NCBI GenBank assembly: GCA_007376385.1
Contig: VMGC01000004.1
Coordinates: 1-64,000, forward strand
DNA length: 64,000 nt
From: Parcubacteria group bacterium Gr01-1014_8
GTDB lineage: Bacteria; Patescibacteriota; Minisyncoccia; Phycocordibacterales; UBA2100
Reading direction: 5' to 3'
Both the position numbers and the translations under genes were made by a program. Under the pieces are notes generated by a model. The model saw only the letters and a list, made by a program, of their open reading frames with translations, did no database searches and was not told where the DNA came from. Positions within the stretch are counted from its first letter, which is position 1. Each line of letters opens with the position of its first letter. Of the stretch, positions 28,529 to 39,279 are shown piece by piece.

Positions 28529-29221
28529 ATGGAATATCTCGCAGTCACAGTGCTCATAGGATCCATTTGGTCACTTTTATACTATGCGAGGCCGGACCTT
28601 AGAAAAATGCAGCTCTGGAGCAGCTGGTATTTCACGACTGTTATGACCATCGGTTTCGTGGCGTTAAAAGTAACGCTCGACCTTCCAGTAGAACAATCGA
28701 TAAACCCAGGATATTGGCATCCCAATACGCTCTTTAATTTGAATGCCCTGACAGGCGGTTACGCCATCGAAGATGCGTTCTTTATATTTTTTATGGGCGG
28801 GGTAGGTGCAGTAGTATACGAAGAGTTGTTTAGAAAACATGTTGCCCGCATACATGCGAAGCATAGACCGCATTTTGCAGTGAAAATAGGTGTTGCTGCC
28901 GCAGCATTAGTTGCCCTGTTACACGTTAATCTTATCTACGCGTTGATAGCGTTCGGGTTTGCGGGCGCATTCGTCATCTGGTGGCAAAGACATGACCTTA
29001 TCCGCCATTCGCTCGTAGGAGGCGCAGCTTTTTTAAGTATCTATGCGGTCTCATATTGGCTGGTTCTTTTCATGTTTCCGGAATTCGTGGCGCATCACTA
29101 TAATTTTTCTAACGTGTCTGGTTTGACCTTTGTGCAGTTGCCCATTGAAGAGTATCTGTTTGCGTTCAGTTTCGGACTCATGTGGTCGCCCTTATACGAA
29201 TATATGAGGGATGTGAGATGA
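28529..29221 (+). CDS. polytopic membrane protein, lycopene-cyclase-domain-like
   Basis: Six or more TM helices; the IEDAFFIFFMGGVGAVVYEE motif resembles the conserved PxEE/acidic box of CrtYcd-type lycopene cyclase domains. Low confidence. Confidence 0.4.
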   Translation: MEYLAVTVLIGSIWSLLYYARPDLRKMQLWSSWYFTTVMTIGFVALKVTLDLPVEQSINPGYWHPNTLFNLNALTGGYAIEDAFFIFFMGGVGAVVYEELFRKHVARIHAKHRPHFAVKIGVAAAALVALLHVNLIYALIAFGFAGAFVIWWQRHDLIRHSLVGGAAFLSIYAVSYWLVLFMFPEFVAHHYNFSNVSGLTFVQLPIEEYLFAFSFGLMWSPLYEYMRDVR

Positions 29222-29240
29222 TATTATTTGGAGAACGCAT

Positions 29241-30374
29241 ATGAGAATTCTTATCGTCGGAGCAGGAATTTCAGGTCTCGCTTTTGCGTCGTTCATCAAA
29301 CGCGACGGTACCGTGATTGACATTGTCGATAAAGCGCCGGCGTGGCCGAATCGCGGTTTTTCTATAGGTTTTTGGAGCAATGCAAGGGCTGTTCTGCAAA
29401 AATTAGGGCTTGGAGAGAAATTTGATGAACATGCGGTGCCATTCCATCGGCTCATCATTCGCAACGGCGACGGCAAACTTCTGCGTCAATTCAATTTGCA
29501 CAAATTTAATACGGAGGTTGGTCTCGCTCTCGTTGATTTAAAACGCTCTCTTCTCCATGATTGGCTGTACGAGACGGCGGGTAAACCTGCAGTTCGGCTG
29601 GGAAAGAGCCTGCTTACTCTGCGCGAAGAGGGGAACAAGGTACATGTGGTATTCAGCGATGGAGAACAGCAAAATTATGACCTTGTCGTTGGAGCGGACG
29701 GAATTCACTCTCAAGTGCGCACGTTATCTCTGAATTTTCACGAGAGATACAAAAATTGGCGCGCGTGGTGGATGTGGGTTAACGGTTCTTTTGGCGAATC
29801 CCGCACACTTAGTTCTTACGTGGAGCCAGGCGTCATTATAAATTTCTTCAATGAAGGTGAACGTACTCTCGTTAATCTTGCTGCGCATGCGAATCATGCT
29901 GTATGGGATACAGAGGCAGGGAGAATGGAGAGGCTGACACGGTTGTTTAAGAGCGAATCATCCCTGGTTCCTTTGCTTTTCGAAGGCCACAAAGATGTAG
30001 ACGCAATGCCAACTGACTTGGTGCGCATAAAACTGAAACATTGGCACACAAATCGCATCGTTCTTATCGGGGATGCGGCTCACGGGTTTGAACCATCGGC
30101 AGGCCTCGGGGGCTCAATGGCGCTTGAAGATGCATATGTACTTGCTGCCGAACTGCTTAAAGTCGAGGAAGAACATATCACTGCCGCACTCGAAGCATAC
30201 GAGAAGAAGAGAAAACCGCGTGTCGCGCTCGCGCGCAGTCTGACATCGAAAATGGGATCGTGGGGAATGGTTGACTCTGTCCTTCTTCGAAAATCGATCG
30301 ATCTCATCTTTCCGTACTTGCCGGAGAGCATGCTCACTAGGGATTTTTTCAAATTATTGAAGGAAGAAATTTAG
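29241..30374 (+). CDS. FAD-dependent monooxygenase / oxidoreductase (PF01494-like)
   Basis: N-terminal dinucleotide fold ILIVGAGISGLAFA, DLVVGADGIHSQVR (DG-x-x-S-x-x-R) and the LIGDAAHGFEPSAGLGGSMALEDA (GDAAH) motif. Confidence 0.7.
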   Translation: MRILIVGAGISGLAFASFIKRDGTVIDIVDKAPAWPNRGFSIGFWSNARAVLQKLGLGEKFDEHAVPFHRLIIRNGDGKLLRQFNLHKFNTEVGLALVDLKRSLLHDWLYETAGKPAVRLGKSLLTLREEGNKVHVVFSDGEQQNYDLVVGADGIHSQVRTLSLNFHERYKNWRAWWMWVNGSFGESRTLSSYVEPGVIINFFNEGERTLVNLAAHANHAVWDTEAGRMERLTRLFKSESSLVPLLFEGHKDVDAMPTDLVRIKLKHWHTNRIVLIGDAAHGFEPSAGLGGSMALEDAYVLAAELLKVEEEHITAALEAYEKKRKPRVALARSLTSKMGSWGMVDSVLLRKSIDLIFPYLPESMLTRDFFKLLKEEI

Positions 30375-30708
30375 CGCTGAGACTGATGGTCAGCGATGCA
30401 ACTATAAAAAAAGTGCCTGCAACTTGTACGAATTTTGTCGAAAGACGCTTGTGCGTGAGCTTGTACGTGTAATAGGTCGTGAAATTGTATTGATATCGAA
30501 GTTTGGGATTTAGCATTCTGCGAAGCGAGAACTCCCAGCGGCTCAGAATACAATAGCCGAGTATCAAATTCTGAAAAAGAACGTAGACGAGGAGTCCAAT
30601 ATAGATGGGCCAAATCGAGGGCCACAGCCATCCGAAGAAGATGATAACCCCCACAACGCAGTGTACGAGGAAGATACTGACAGCGCCTATGTGTTCTACA
30701 ATTCTCAC
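30349..30708 (-). CDS. hypothetical membrane protein (119 aa)
   Basis: Three predicted TM helices; ORF only. Confidence 0.35.
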   Translation of the reverse strand: MRIVEHIGAVSIFLVHCVVGVIIFFGWLWPSIWPIYIGLLVYVLFQNLILGYCILSRWEFSLRRMLNPKLRYQYNFTTYYTYKLTHKRLSTKFVQVAGTFFIVASLTISLSAKFLPSII

Positions 30709-30982
30709 AGGGGAATTGTAACCTATGATGATACCGCTATCGGTTTTATGTCTTTTCTAAGTTCTGCTCTCACCACAAAGTCGAGGACGTCCAGATCTCC
30801 CCAGTTCACTTTTAATACCTGAAATTCCGATACTTTGTGTTCAATTCCATTCGAGTCAAACTCTACGTCAGGGCTAAGGATGGACGGTAAGCCCTGTTCT
30901 TTCCGGCGCTCCTCAAATTGTTCAAGTTTACCCCGGTTAAGCAGTGCAGGATCCTGCGTTGCGCCGCCTCGTATGACGACTT

Positions 30983-31600
30983 TTACAATGAGAAAAGAGG
31001 GGAGTTCTCCTCGTTTTGTGTATGCTCGCTTTCTCTATGCGCTTTCCATTCGTCCAGATATTCATCAAATACCTTCTTGTGAGCGGTCGACACAAACTCG
31101 TAACCATTTTTGTGCGCGAATTGGATCACACTTGGCCGAGAGGACGAAAATTCAATGACAGTGGGCGTACGCGGGTCGTGTATGCACAAAGCGGCAATAA
31201 AGTCCTCCGCAGTCCGCAACGCGTAGGAGCCTATGCCTTGACCGCGAATGCTCTCATTGCTGCCCCTCTTCTTCTCCCTTACAAAACTGTGTTCTCTCCT
31301 CCATATTCTGCCCGAGCGCTGGTCGGGACCGGCGATAAACTGGAATGCCGCGATATTTTGTTTCTCATGGTCAAGCAAAACAGTTATTTCCGAGGGCTCC
31401 TTGCTATGCATGTAGCTGTACATCCAGGTACATGTCACCGTCTGCTTAGGAAATCCAGGCGCATCAATTCTCTTATCGATAGATACAAGACCAAATTTCT
31501 TTCTGTTTGCTTGCGCCATTAGTTGCAAGAATTCCCCATGAGAGAGGCTCGCGGATAGCTCAGGCGGATGTTCAGGAAGGATACCTCGCGGCTCGCTCAT
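30983..31600 (-). CDS. GNAT-like acetyltransferase domain protein
   Basis: IRGQGIGSYALRTAEDFIAA resembles GNAT motif A (Q/R-x-x-G-x-G/A). Low confidence on function. Confidence 0.4.
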   Translation of the reverse strand: MSEPRGILPEHPPELSASLSHGEFLQLMAQANRKKFGLVSIDKRIDAPGFPKQTVTCTWMYSYMHSKEPSEITVLLDHEKQNIAAFQFIAGPDQRSGRIWRREHSFVREKKRGSNESIRGQGIGSYALRTAEDFIAALCIHDPRTPTVIEFSSSRPSVIQFAHKNGYEFVSTAHKKVFDEYLDEWKAHRESEHTQNEENSPLFSL

Positions 31601-31898
31601 GACAAAAGTCTACCATTTGGAACATTACACGTGGGACTTAGTTTATTGGTTGAAATCGAAAATCAATGACCCTACGGGGACCGCGAGTACACTATCGGTC
31701 ACAAGTAATTTGCTTCGCAAACTCTCGCGACTCCGACTTGGCGGCCCAAAGGGTCCCCGCCTCCGTCTTTCGATTCCCGCTCGGGGCCCGACTAACGCCT
31801 AAAAACCCGACGGCATGCGGCGCGTGCGCTGTCAGTCAGGATTCTGGCTGAAATGAGTTCGAGCAATGTCGTACAGAGTCAAGAGTTTAGAACTTAAA

Positions 31899-31997
31899 TC
31901 GAAATCCCCGTGGGATTCTTTGTTGGCGGGCAAAGAAAACCACGGGGATTTCGGGGTGCCGCACGCCAAGCGCGCGTCCAAATGCAGGTTCGAGCCG
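31899..31997. repeat. inverted repeat, left copy (IR-L)
   Basis: See the mobile-element call. Also forms a local hairpin cgaaatccccgtgg...ccacggggatttcg. Confidence 0.55.
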
Positions 31998-32099
31998 AAG
32001 ATTTTTTGGAGGGGAATGCAAATGCAAAATCCACTAAGGAGTGCATTGCCCCGCCCGCCCTTGCGCGCACAGGATTATTCTTCGCTTTGCGAAGCTCCC

Positions 32100-32810
32100 T
32101 TAAACTCCCAAATCCTTTTTCTTTTCTTCAAATTCGCTCTTATCAATTTCGCCTTTGGCGTATCGCTCCTTCAATATATCGAATGCTGATTTTCCTTGCA
32201 CATCATTACCGTGACTGTGCCCTCCCATATGACCTGCTCCAAAATTCCCCCTTATCATGGAGACAATCATCCAGATTACGAAACCCCAAAAGAGAACCAT
32301 AAAGATCCAGCCAAACCCACCAAAAGGCATTAATCCAAAATTCATCATAGAATTATTTGATTGATTAGTATTAAGAGGAGACGACCATCCTCCCCACATC
32401 ATGTTCATCATCGGCATCCAGCCGCCGCTGATTGCGGGGAACGCCGCCGAGGTGTCGCAACCGGAAAGCCGTTTACCCATGACAATATGGATCTGCTCCT
32501 CACCATCCGCGCCGTGCGCTTGAATCATCATGGCGTTCATGGCGGCGTGAGAATCACCAGCCATTTGACCCATAAAGTATTCACCAAGCACTCCATACTG
32601 CTCATTGTTTAGATCAGCACAGGCGACCTCTTTTGCTTGCAGCTTACTCCGTAGCTCTTTTCCTTCCTGCTCTTCACGGGCAGTGTGCTCGACGACGGCG
32701 TTCCAATCCGCAGCAGAATTGGAAAACCCACCCATCATTTGAGCATGTGCACTTTGAGCAAACGAACCGACGACAACTATAGAAAGAAAAGTTAAAATGA
32801 GTTTTTTCAT
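32100..32810 (-). CDS. secreted/membrane Met- and His-rich protein with C-terminal SHOCT domain
   Basis: Signal peptide MKKLILTFLSIVVVGSFAQSAHA. Met-rich tracts (MMNMMWGGW, MPMMNMM) and HMGGHSHG. Two TM helices, then SAFDILKERYAKGEIDKSEFEEKKKDL, a typical SHOCT motif. Confidence 0.55.
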   Translation of the reverse strand: MKKLILTFLSIVVVGSFAQSAHAQMMGGFSNSAADWNAVVEHTAREEQEGKELRSKLQAKEVACADLNNEQYGVLGEYFMGQMAGDSHAAMNAMMIQAHGADGEEQIHIVMGKRLSGCDTSAAFPAISGGWMPMMNMMWGGWSSPLNTNQSNNSMMNFGLMPFGGFGWIFMVLFWGFVIWMIVSMIRGNFGAGHMGGHSHGNDVQGKSAFDILKERYAKGEIDKSEFEEKKKDLGV

Positions 32811-32822
32811 AGTTTTTTTAAT

Positions 32823-33170
32823 TTAACCAAATACTAACACCTTGTCCGAACTCTCGACCATATTGAGTAAGTCGGACATGGTGGAAATAGGACACATGGC
32901 GGTCTCTTTTTTGCCGCGAATTTCCAAGCAAGTACCGCATGCAAAGATTGTTCCTTTCAGTTCTTTATATTCTGCAATTCTCTTTGAAATATCAAAATGT
33001 TCGCCATCAGGAATAGAATCCAATTCCGAACCCTCATTCATCAAGAAAATCTCAACGTGGTGATTAGCTTTGAGTGCGGCGATACCGAGGCGGAACGTGT
33101 TCCATACGTGTTCGGGTTTATTGGATTGTAGGATGATGCCGAGCTTCATAGAGAGTATCTTCGTATCCAT
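32823..33170 (-). CDS. DsrE/DsrF-like family protein
   Basis: 115 aa with KLGIILQSNKPEHVWNTFRLGIAALKANHHVEIFLMNEG and a conserved Cys (FACGTC), consistent with the DsrE/DsrF/YchN-like fold. Confidence 0.5.
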   Translation of the reverse strand: MDTKILSMKLGIILQSNKPEHVWNTFRLGIAALKANHHVEIFLMNEGSELDSIPDGEHFDISKRIAEYKELKGTIFACGTCLEIRGKKETAMCPISTMSDLLNMVESSDKVLVFG

Positions 33171-33186
33171 TGATATAATACTTCAT

Positions 33187-34740
33187 ATGCGCTATTTCCT
33201 CTACGCCCGCAAAAGTACGGATGTCGAAGACAAACAGGTGATGTCCATCGAAGGACAGCTCGTTGAACTGCGGGCATTGGCTAAACGTGATGGATTAGAA
33301 ATTGCAGAAGAATTCATTGAAAAGCGAAGCGCGAAGATTCCAGGCCGCCCTGTATTTGAGGACATGTTAAAGCGGATCGAGAAAGACGAAGCGCACGGAA
33401 TTATCTGCTGGAAAATTGATCGTCTTTCACGCAATCCGGTTGATAGCGGGAGAATTAGTTGGCTACTTCAACAGAACATAATCCAGAAGATCGTAACGCA
33501 TGACAAGATATATCTTCCTCACGACAACGTACTCCTCATGTCTGTGGAATTCGGCATGGCGAATCAGTACATCCGAGACTTGAGTGTCAACGTGAAGCGC
33601 GGCCTCCGGCAAAAGGCACGACAAGGCGTATATCCAAGTACCGCGCCCTTGGGCTACCGCAACGACCCGTACACCAAGACCATCGTCGTGGATCGGCGCA
33701 AAGCGCCGCTCGTGCGTAAGGCATTTGAACTCTACGCAAAGAACGGCTCGCGGCTCGAAGACATTGCGCAGTTTCTTTTCGAGCACGGCATCAAGACGGG
33801 AGCGACGCGCGGATGGAGCAAGGGCGGCGGCAGGCCGCTCAAAAAAGACCAGATAACATTCCTGCTCTCTAATCCGTTTTACTTCGGCCACTTCGCCTAC
33901 AGCGGCGAGATGTACGAGGGCACGCATACGCCCATCGTGAGCAAGGAGCTTTTTGACGCGGTGCAAAAAGTCCTCGCGCTTCGCAGTCGTGCGCACCACA
34001 AAGTGGCGAACGAGCCGCAAGCGTATTGCGGCCTTTTGCATTGTGGCGAGTGCGGCTTTTCCATCACCGCCGAGGAGAAATCGAAGCGACAGAAGAACGG
34101 CAACGTACATCGCTACATTTACTATCGCTGTACGAAAAAGAAAGCCGCCGTTCATTGCTCACAGCCGTATGTGCGGGAAGAAGCGCTCGACTCGCAACTC
34201 TCCGGCTTGCTCGCAAAGTTTGTCATGCCCGCGCATTGGGCGAAGGAATTAGACGCAATGGCCGAGCGAGATGCGGCAAGCGCCTCTCAAACCACGGCGG
34301 CGTCCGTCCAAGCGATGCGGGCAAAGATTGCCGAGTTAGACGGCAAAATCGCCCGCATCACCGACCTCTTTGTCGAACAGGATATCGAGCGCGGCGACTA
34401 TCTCGAAAGGAAGCGCGCACTTATGTCCGAAAAGAAGTCGGTGCAGGAGCGAATCCTCCTGCTTGAACGGGACGCCGCCGTGTGGCTCGAACCGATGCAG
34501 AAGTGGATACAAGAGGCGCAAATGCTTGAAGAAATTGCGAAATCCAAAGACTACCCCTCCAAAAAATCCTCCCTCCAAAAAATCTTCGGCTCGAACCTCA
34601 CTCTCCACGCGCGCGAAGCGCGCGGCGTGCCGCAAAATCAGTGGTTTTCTTTGCTCACTGCCAAAGAAAACCACTCCGAAAATAACCTCGTTCCGATACT
34701 TGTGACCTCACGGGGAATCGAACCCCGGTTCCATCCTTGA
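33187..34740 (+). CDS. large serine recombinase (resolvase/invertase-type catalytic domain plus recombinase and zinc-ribbon domains)
   Basis: MRYFLYARKSTDVEDKQVMSIEGQ (catalytic Ser region), GIICWKIDRLSRN, recombinase-domain motifs, the CGLLHCGECG zinc ribbon and a C-terminal coiled coil. The 3' end is encoded by IR-R and runs into the antisense of tRNA-Glu. Confidence 0.8.
   Translation: MRYFLYARKSTDVEDKQVMSIEGQLVELRALAKRDGLEIAEEFIEKRSAKIPGRPVFEDMLKRIEKDEAHGIICWKIDRLSRNPVDSGRISWLLQQNIIQKIVTHDKIYLPHDNVLLMSVEFGMANQYIRDLSVNVKRGLRQKARQGVYPSTAPLGYRNDPYTKTIVVDRRKAPLVRKAFELYAKNGSRLEDIAQFLFEHGIKTGATRGWSKGGGRPLKKDQITFLLSNPFYFGHFAYSGEMYEGTHTPIVSKELFDAVQKVLALRSRAHHKVANEPQAYCGLLHCGECGFSITAEEKSKRQKNGNVHRYIYYRCTKKKAAVHCSQPYVREEALDSQLSGLLAKFVMPAHWAKELDAMAERDAASASQTTAASVQAMRAKIAELDGKIARITDLFVEQDIERGDYLERKRALMSEKKSVQERILLLERDAAVWLEPMQKWIQEAQMLEEIAKSKDYPSKKSSLQKIFGSNLTLHAREARGVPQNQWFSLLTAKENHSENNLVPILVTSRGIEPRFHP
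34571..34685. repeat. inverted repeat, right copy (IR-R), inside the recombinase 3' coding region
   Basis: See the mobile-element call. Local hairpin agtggttttctttg...caaagaaaaccact. Confidence 0.55.
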
Positions 34741-34774
34741 GAAGGATGTGTCCTAGCCGCTAGACGATGAGGCC
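34703..34774 (-). tRNA. tRNA-Glu (anticodon CUC), 72 nt, no encoded CCA
   Basis: The reverse complement folds as acceptor GGCCTCA/TGAGGTC, D-arm GTCT-AGCGGCTA-GGAC, anticodon stem CATCC/GGATG with loop TTCTCAA (anticodon CTC), 4-nt variable loop, T-arm CGGGG-TTCGATT-CCCCG, discriminator A. Confidence 0.8.
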
Positions 34775-34944
34775 GTCACGGCGAGTATAGAATATACTTG
34801 GTTCGATTCCAAGGGACTTACAGCTTCAAACATCATACGGGGAATCGGTCACGCATAATTTTCGAGTGAAAATTTGCGCGACCCCACCTCACTCGCCCTC
34901 GCTCGTTCCGGTCTTGCGGCGCTACGCTCACTCGCGCCTCACCC

Positions 34945-35010
34945 CGCTCCATCCTTGAGATACTGGTATAAAGATGTGAATCAGTTTGTCCTAGCCGATA
35001 GCCTGCCCGG
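34945..35010 (-). pseudogene. degenerate tRNA-Glu-derived fragment (D-arm and anticodon-arm region with two insertions)
   Basis: ccatccttgaga and gatgtg...gtcctagccgatag match the tRNA-Glu gene at 34729-34765 but are interrupted by 11-nt and 9-nt insertions; no acceptor or T arm. Confidence 0.35.
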
Positions 35011-35101
35011 CCAGGGACGATAGGGCGTTCGAATGTCAAAAATAGCGATTTCGGCAACGACAAGCATGAGATGTTTCTCATTAACGTGCTACAGTTTTTG
35101 T

Positions 35102-35773
35102 ATGACGGATGACCGTAGCGGCTCCAGGCTCGACCAGATGACGAGAGCGCAACAGATAACTGCACTTTTTCCGAAGCTTACAGCGCTGGATGGGCAGTAC
35201 ACTGCGCTCTGGGATGAGATGCAGGGACTTTTTCTCGAGAAAAAGATAGGCGGCGCGTTTGCTCCCATTATCGAGCATCGCAGGCGGCAGTTGAAGACTC
35301 CTCGAAAAATGATACGGGAAAATATTCTTGGCGCTCGCACGACTCTCTTAAGCGGCGGCACGGCACCGCTTGCCCCGCTCTATCTTTCGGACCTGCAGCA
35401 CCGATTTGCAGGGATTGAAAGTATGATCCAGCGCGCACGTACGATCGCGCGGGACCTAACAGAACTTCTTGGTCTCGTGCGAAGTCAGGGTGACATCGGG
35501 CAGCTTATGCGGCATGCGGAGGCTTTTTGGACGGAGCATCAGCGCGCACAAGAGCATTTACTCGAAGACATACCGCATCGTGACACTATTTCGAGTGTTG
35601 TTGTTCTTGAACAGCGATTGAGGCACGCCACAAGAGAAATCCCGCTTGTTCGCTCATTTGCAGGAAGCGGGGCGCCGCGTGCCGAGATAGAAGCTGAAGT
35701 TACCAAGCTCACTAAAGCGATAGACTACACCGGCCGCCGGATACAGCGAGTAAAAAAAGAATTGGGATACTGA
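35102..35773 (+). CDS. hypothetical protein (223 aa from the internal Met)
   Basis: ORF 35033..35773. The first 23 codons look non-protein-like, so the Met at 35102 is preferred. Confidence 0.35.
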   Translation: MTDDRSGSRLDQMTRAQQITALFPKLTALDGQYTALWDEMQGLFLEKKIGGAFAPIIEHRRRQLKTPRKMIRENILGARTTLLSGGTAPLAPLYLSDLQHRFAGIESMIQRARTIARDLTELLGLVRSQGDIGQLMRHAEAFWTEHQRAQEHLLEDIPHRDTISSVVVLEQRLRHATREIPLVRSFAGSGAPRAEIEAEVTKLTKAIDYTGRRIQRVKKELGY

Positions 35774-35820
35774 CGTGTTTAAAAGTCGAGAATATAAGCG
35801 CCTCTCGCTCGGGCGGCCCG

Positions 35821-36993
35821 TCATTCTTCGGATTGTTTTCCCAATCGTTTTCCTGTCCTTTCGCGATTAACTGTTCTGCTATGGATCTTTTCATACGCGA
35901 GCCAAGCTTCCTCCAGGTCGTGCGAAGTAGCTGCAAGTTTAAAAGAGATGGGACGTCCCTGCTCGTCGGTCATTTCATTGAATGCCCGTATGACTTCCGT
36001 ATAGCCGCTAACATCTTTGCGATCACGCGGGTTCTCGTGCCAATGAGCTGCAAATATATCCGAATAGAATCGATTCTGCAGGTCGTGTATCTCATGCCAA
36101 TTGCTTTCCGGTTTATACGTAAAGCCGACATCAAGCATGGAAGCGGTGTAGTCTATTGGACTTTTTGATCCCTTGAGCAGAGAAATATCGGTTGCGCCCT
36201 GTGTTGACAGGCCTTTTGCGGAATCAAACCCAAGATCATGCCCCATTTGAAGAGCCAAAAAAAGCAGTAGCCGCTGGGGCGATACTTTGTACTTGTCTAA
36301 AAAATCATCGCGGATAGTTTTCAGCTCCTTCAGCCGCTCTTCTTTGCCATGACTCTTGTGACCGCTGCCGGTGCGGACTATCCGGAAGACGCGCTCGCCG
36401 GATGGTGTGATTTCCATATCAACGCCAACGCGCCACATCTCTCCGTGGGTGCTCTGGCTGACATTTCGCGGGTCATATCCGATGGCAAGATCGATGGAAA
36501 ATGTTCCTGACCCGCTTTGACCTTTTACAGAAAAATAGTACCCAGGCAGCGAAAGCTGGTTCTTTAATATGCGTCCACGCCATGATGGCTCATCACTCGT
36601 TGCGAACATGTCTTTTCCAAAAAGACCGGACCAAAAATTATAGTTCGCCTTCATGTTCGAGAACATCCTTTCAACAGGTGTGTCCTGGTCAGCCAGATAA
36701 ACCAAATTCCCCCGTCCGAAAAAATTATCCGGCAATTTGTCTTTTAGCCACGCGGCAAACGTCAATGCCTCCTCGAGGTCAGCACGTTTATTAGCCCAAC
36801 CGGCTCTGTTCATGAATAGGTTCAGACCATTCGCAGTAGCAGAATCAATATTTTGTCGTTCGCAGAATGTGCGAATGACGCGCCATCTTTCCTGCGGCGA
36901 TACATCCTGATCCCGCGACTGGAGCTCCGTACTCACGAACGTCCGTACTTGGAGAAGGGTAGCCTCCAATTGCCGTTGTTCCTCAAAAACCAT
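35821..36993 (-). CDS. hypothetical protein (390 aa)
   Basis: Long ORF with no recognized motif. Confidence 0.4.
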   Translation of the reverse strand: MVFEEQRQLEATLLQVRTFVSTELQSRDQDVSPQERWRVIRTFCERQNIDSATANGLNLFMNRAGWANKRADLEEALTFAAWLKDKLPDNFFGRGNLVYLADQDTPVERMFSNMKANYNFWSGLFGKDMFATSDEPSWRGRILKNQLSLPGYYFSVKGQSGSGTFSIDLAIGYDPRNVSQSTHGEMWRVGVDMEITPSGERVFRIVRTGSGHKSHGKEERLKELKTIRDDFLDKYKVSPQRLLLFLALQMGHDLGFDSAKGLSTQGATDISLLKGSKSPIDYTASMLDVGFTYKPESNWHEIHDLQNRFYSDIFAAHWHENPRDRKDVSGYTEVIRAFNEMTDEQGRPISFKLAATSHDLEEAWLAYEKIHSRTVNRERTGKRLGKQSEE

Positions 36994-37043
36994 ATGAAAA
37001 GTCTAGCAGGAAAAGAAGGCGCGAACCATGATACTCTGAGCGA

Positions 37044-39262
<2,219 letters not shown>

Positions 39263-39279
39263 TTCTCATATTTACTTAC

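Larger units (their letters stand above)
31899..34685. mobile_element. putative 2.8-kb mobile or invertible element bounded by ~100-bp imperfect inverted repeats, carrying a large serine recombinase and two cargo genes
   Basis: IR-L 31899-31997 and IR-R 34571-34685 are reverse complements. They share caaagaaaaccac, gcggcacgcc, gcgcgcgt and an exact 27-nt match ggttcgagccgaagattttttggaggg versus the reverse complement of 34571-34597. Confidence 0.5.

Noticed and set aside
33070-33186. Upstream extension of the recombinase ORF (MSAAIPRRNVFHT...)
   Set aside because: The extension overlaps the divergent DsrE-like gene start. The canonical serine-recombinase N-terminus begins at the internal Met (MRYFLYARKSTD).
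34541-34570. Tandem direct repeat cctccaaaaaat x2
   Set aside because: It lies inside the recombinase coding sequence (encoding SKKSSLQKIF). It is short and probably a coding coincidence at the IR-R edge.
34797-34825. Second tRNA on the plus strand suggested by a cttgg-ttcgatt-ccaag T-arm-like hairpin
   Set aside because: No matching 5' acceptor, D or anticodon arms upstream. Treated as a tRNA-like fragment only.
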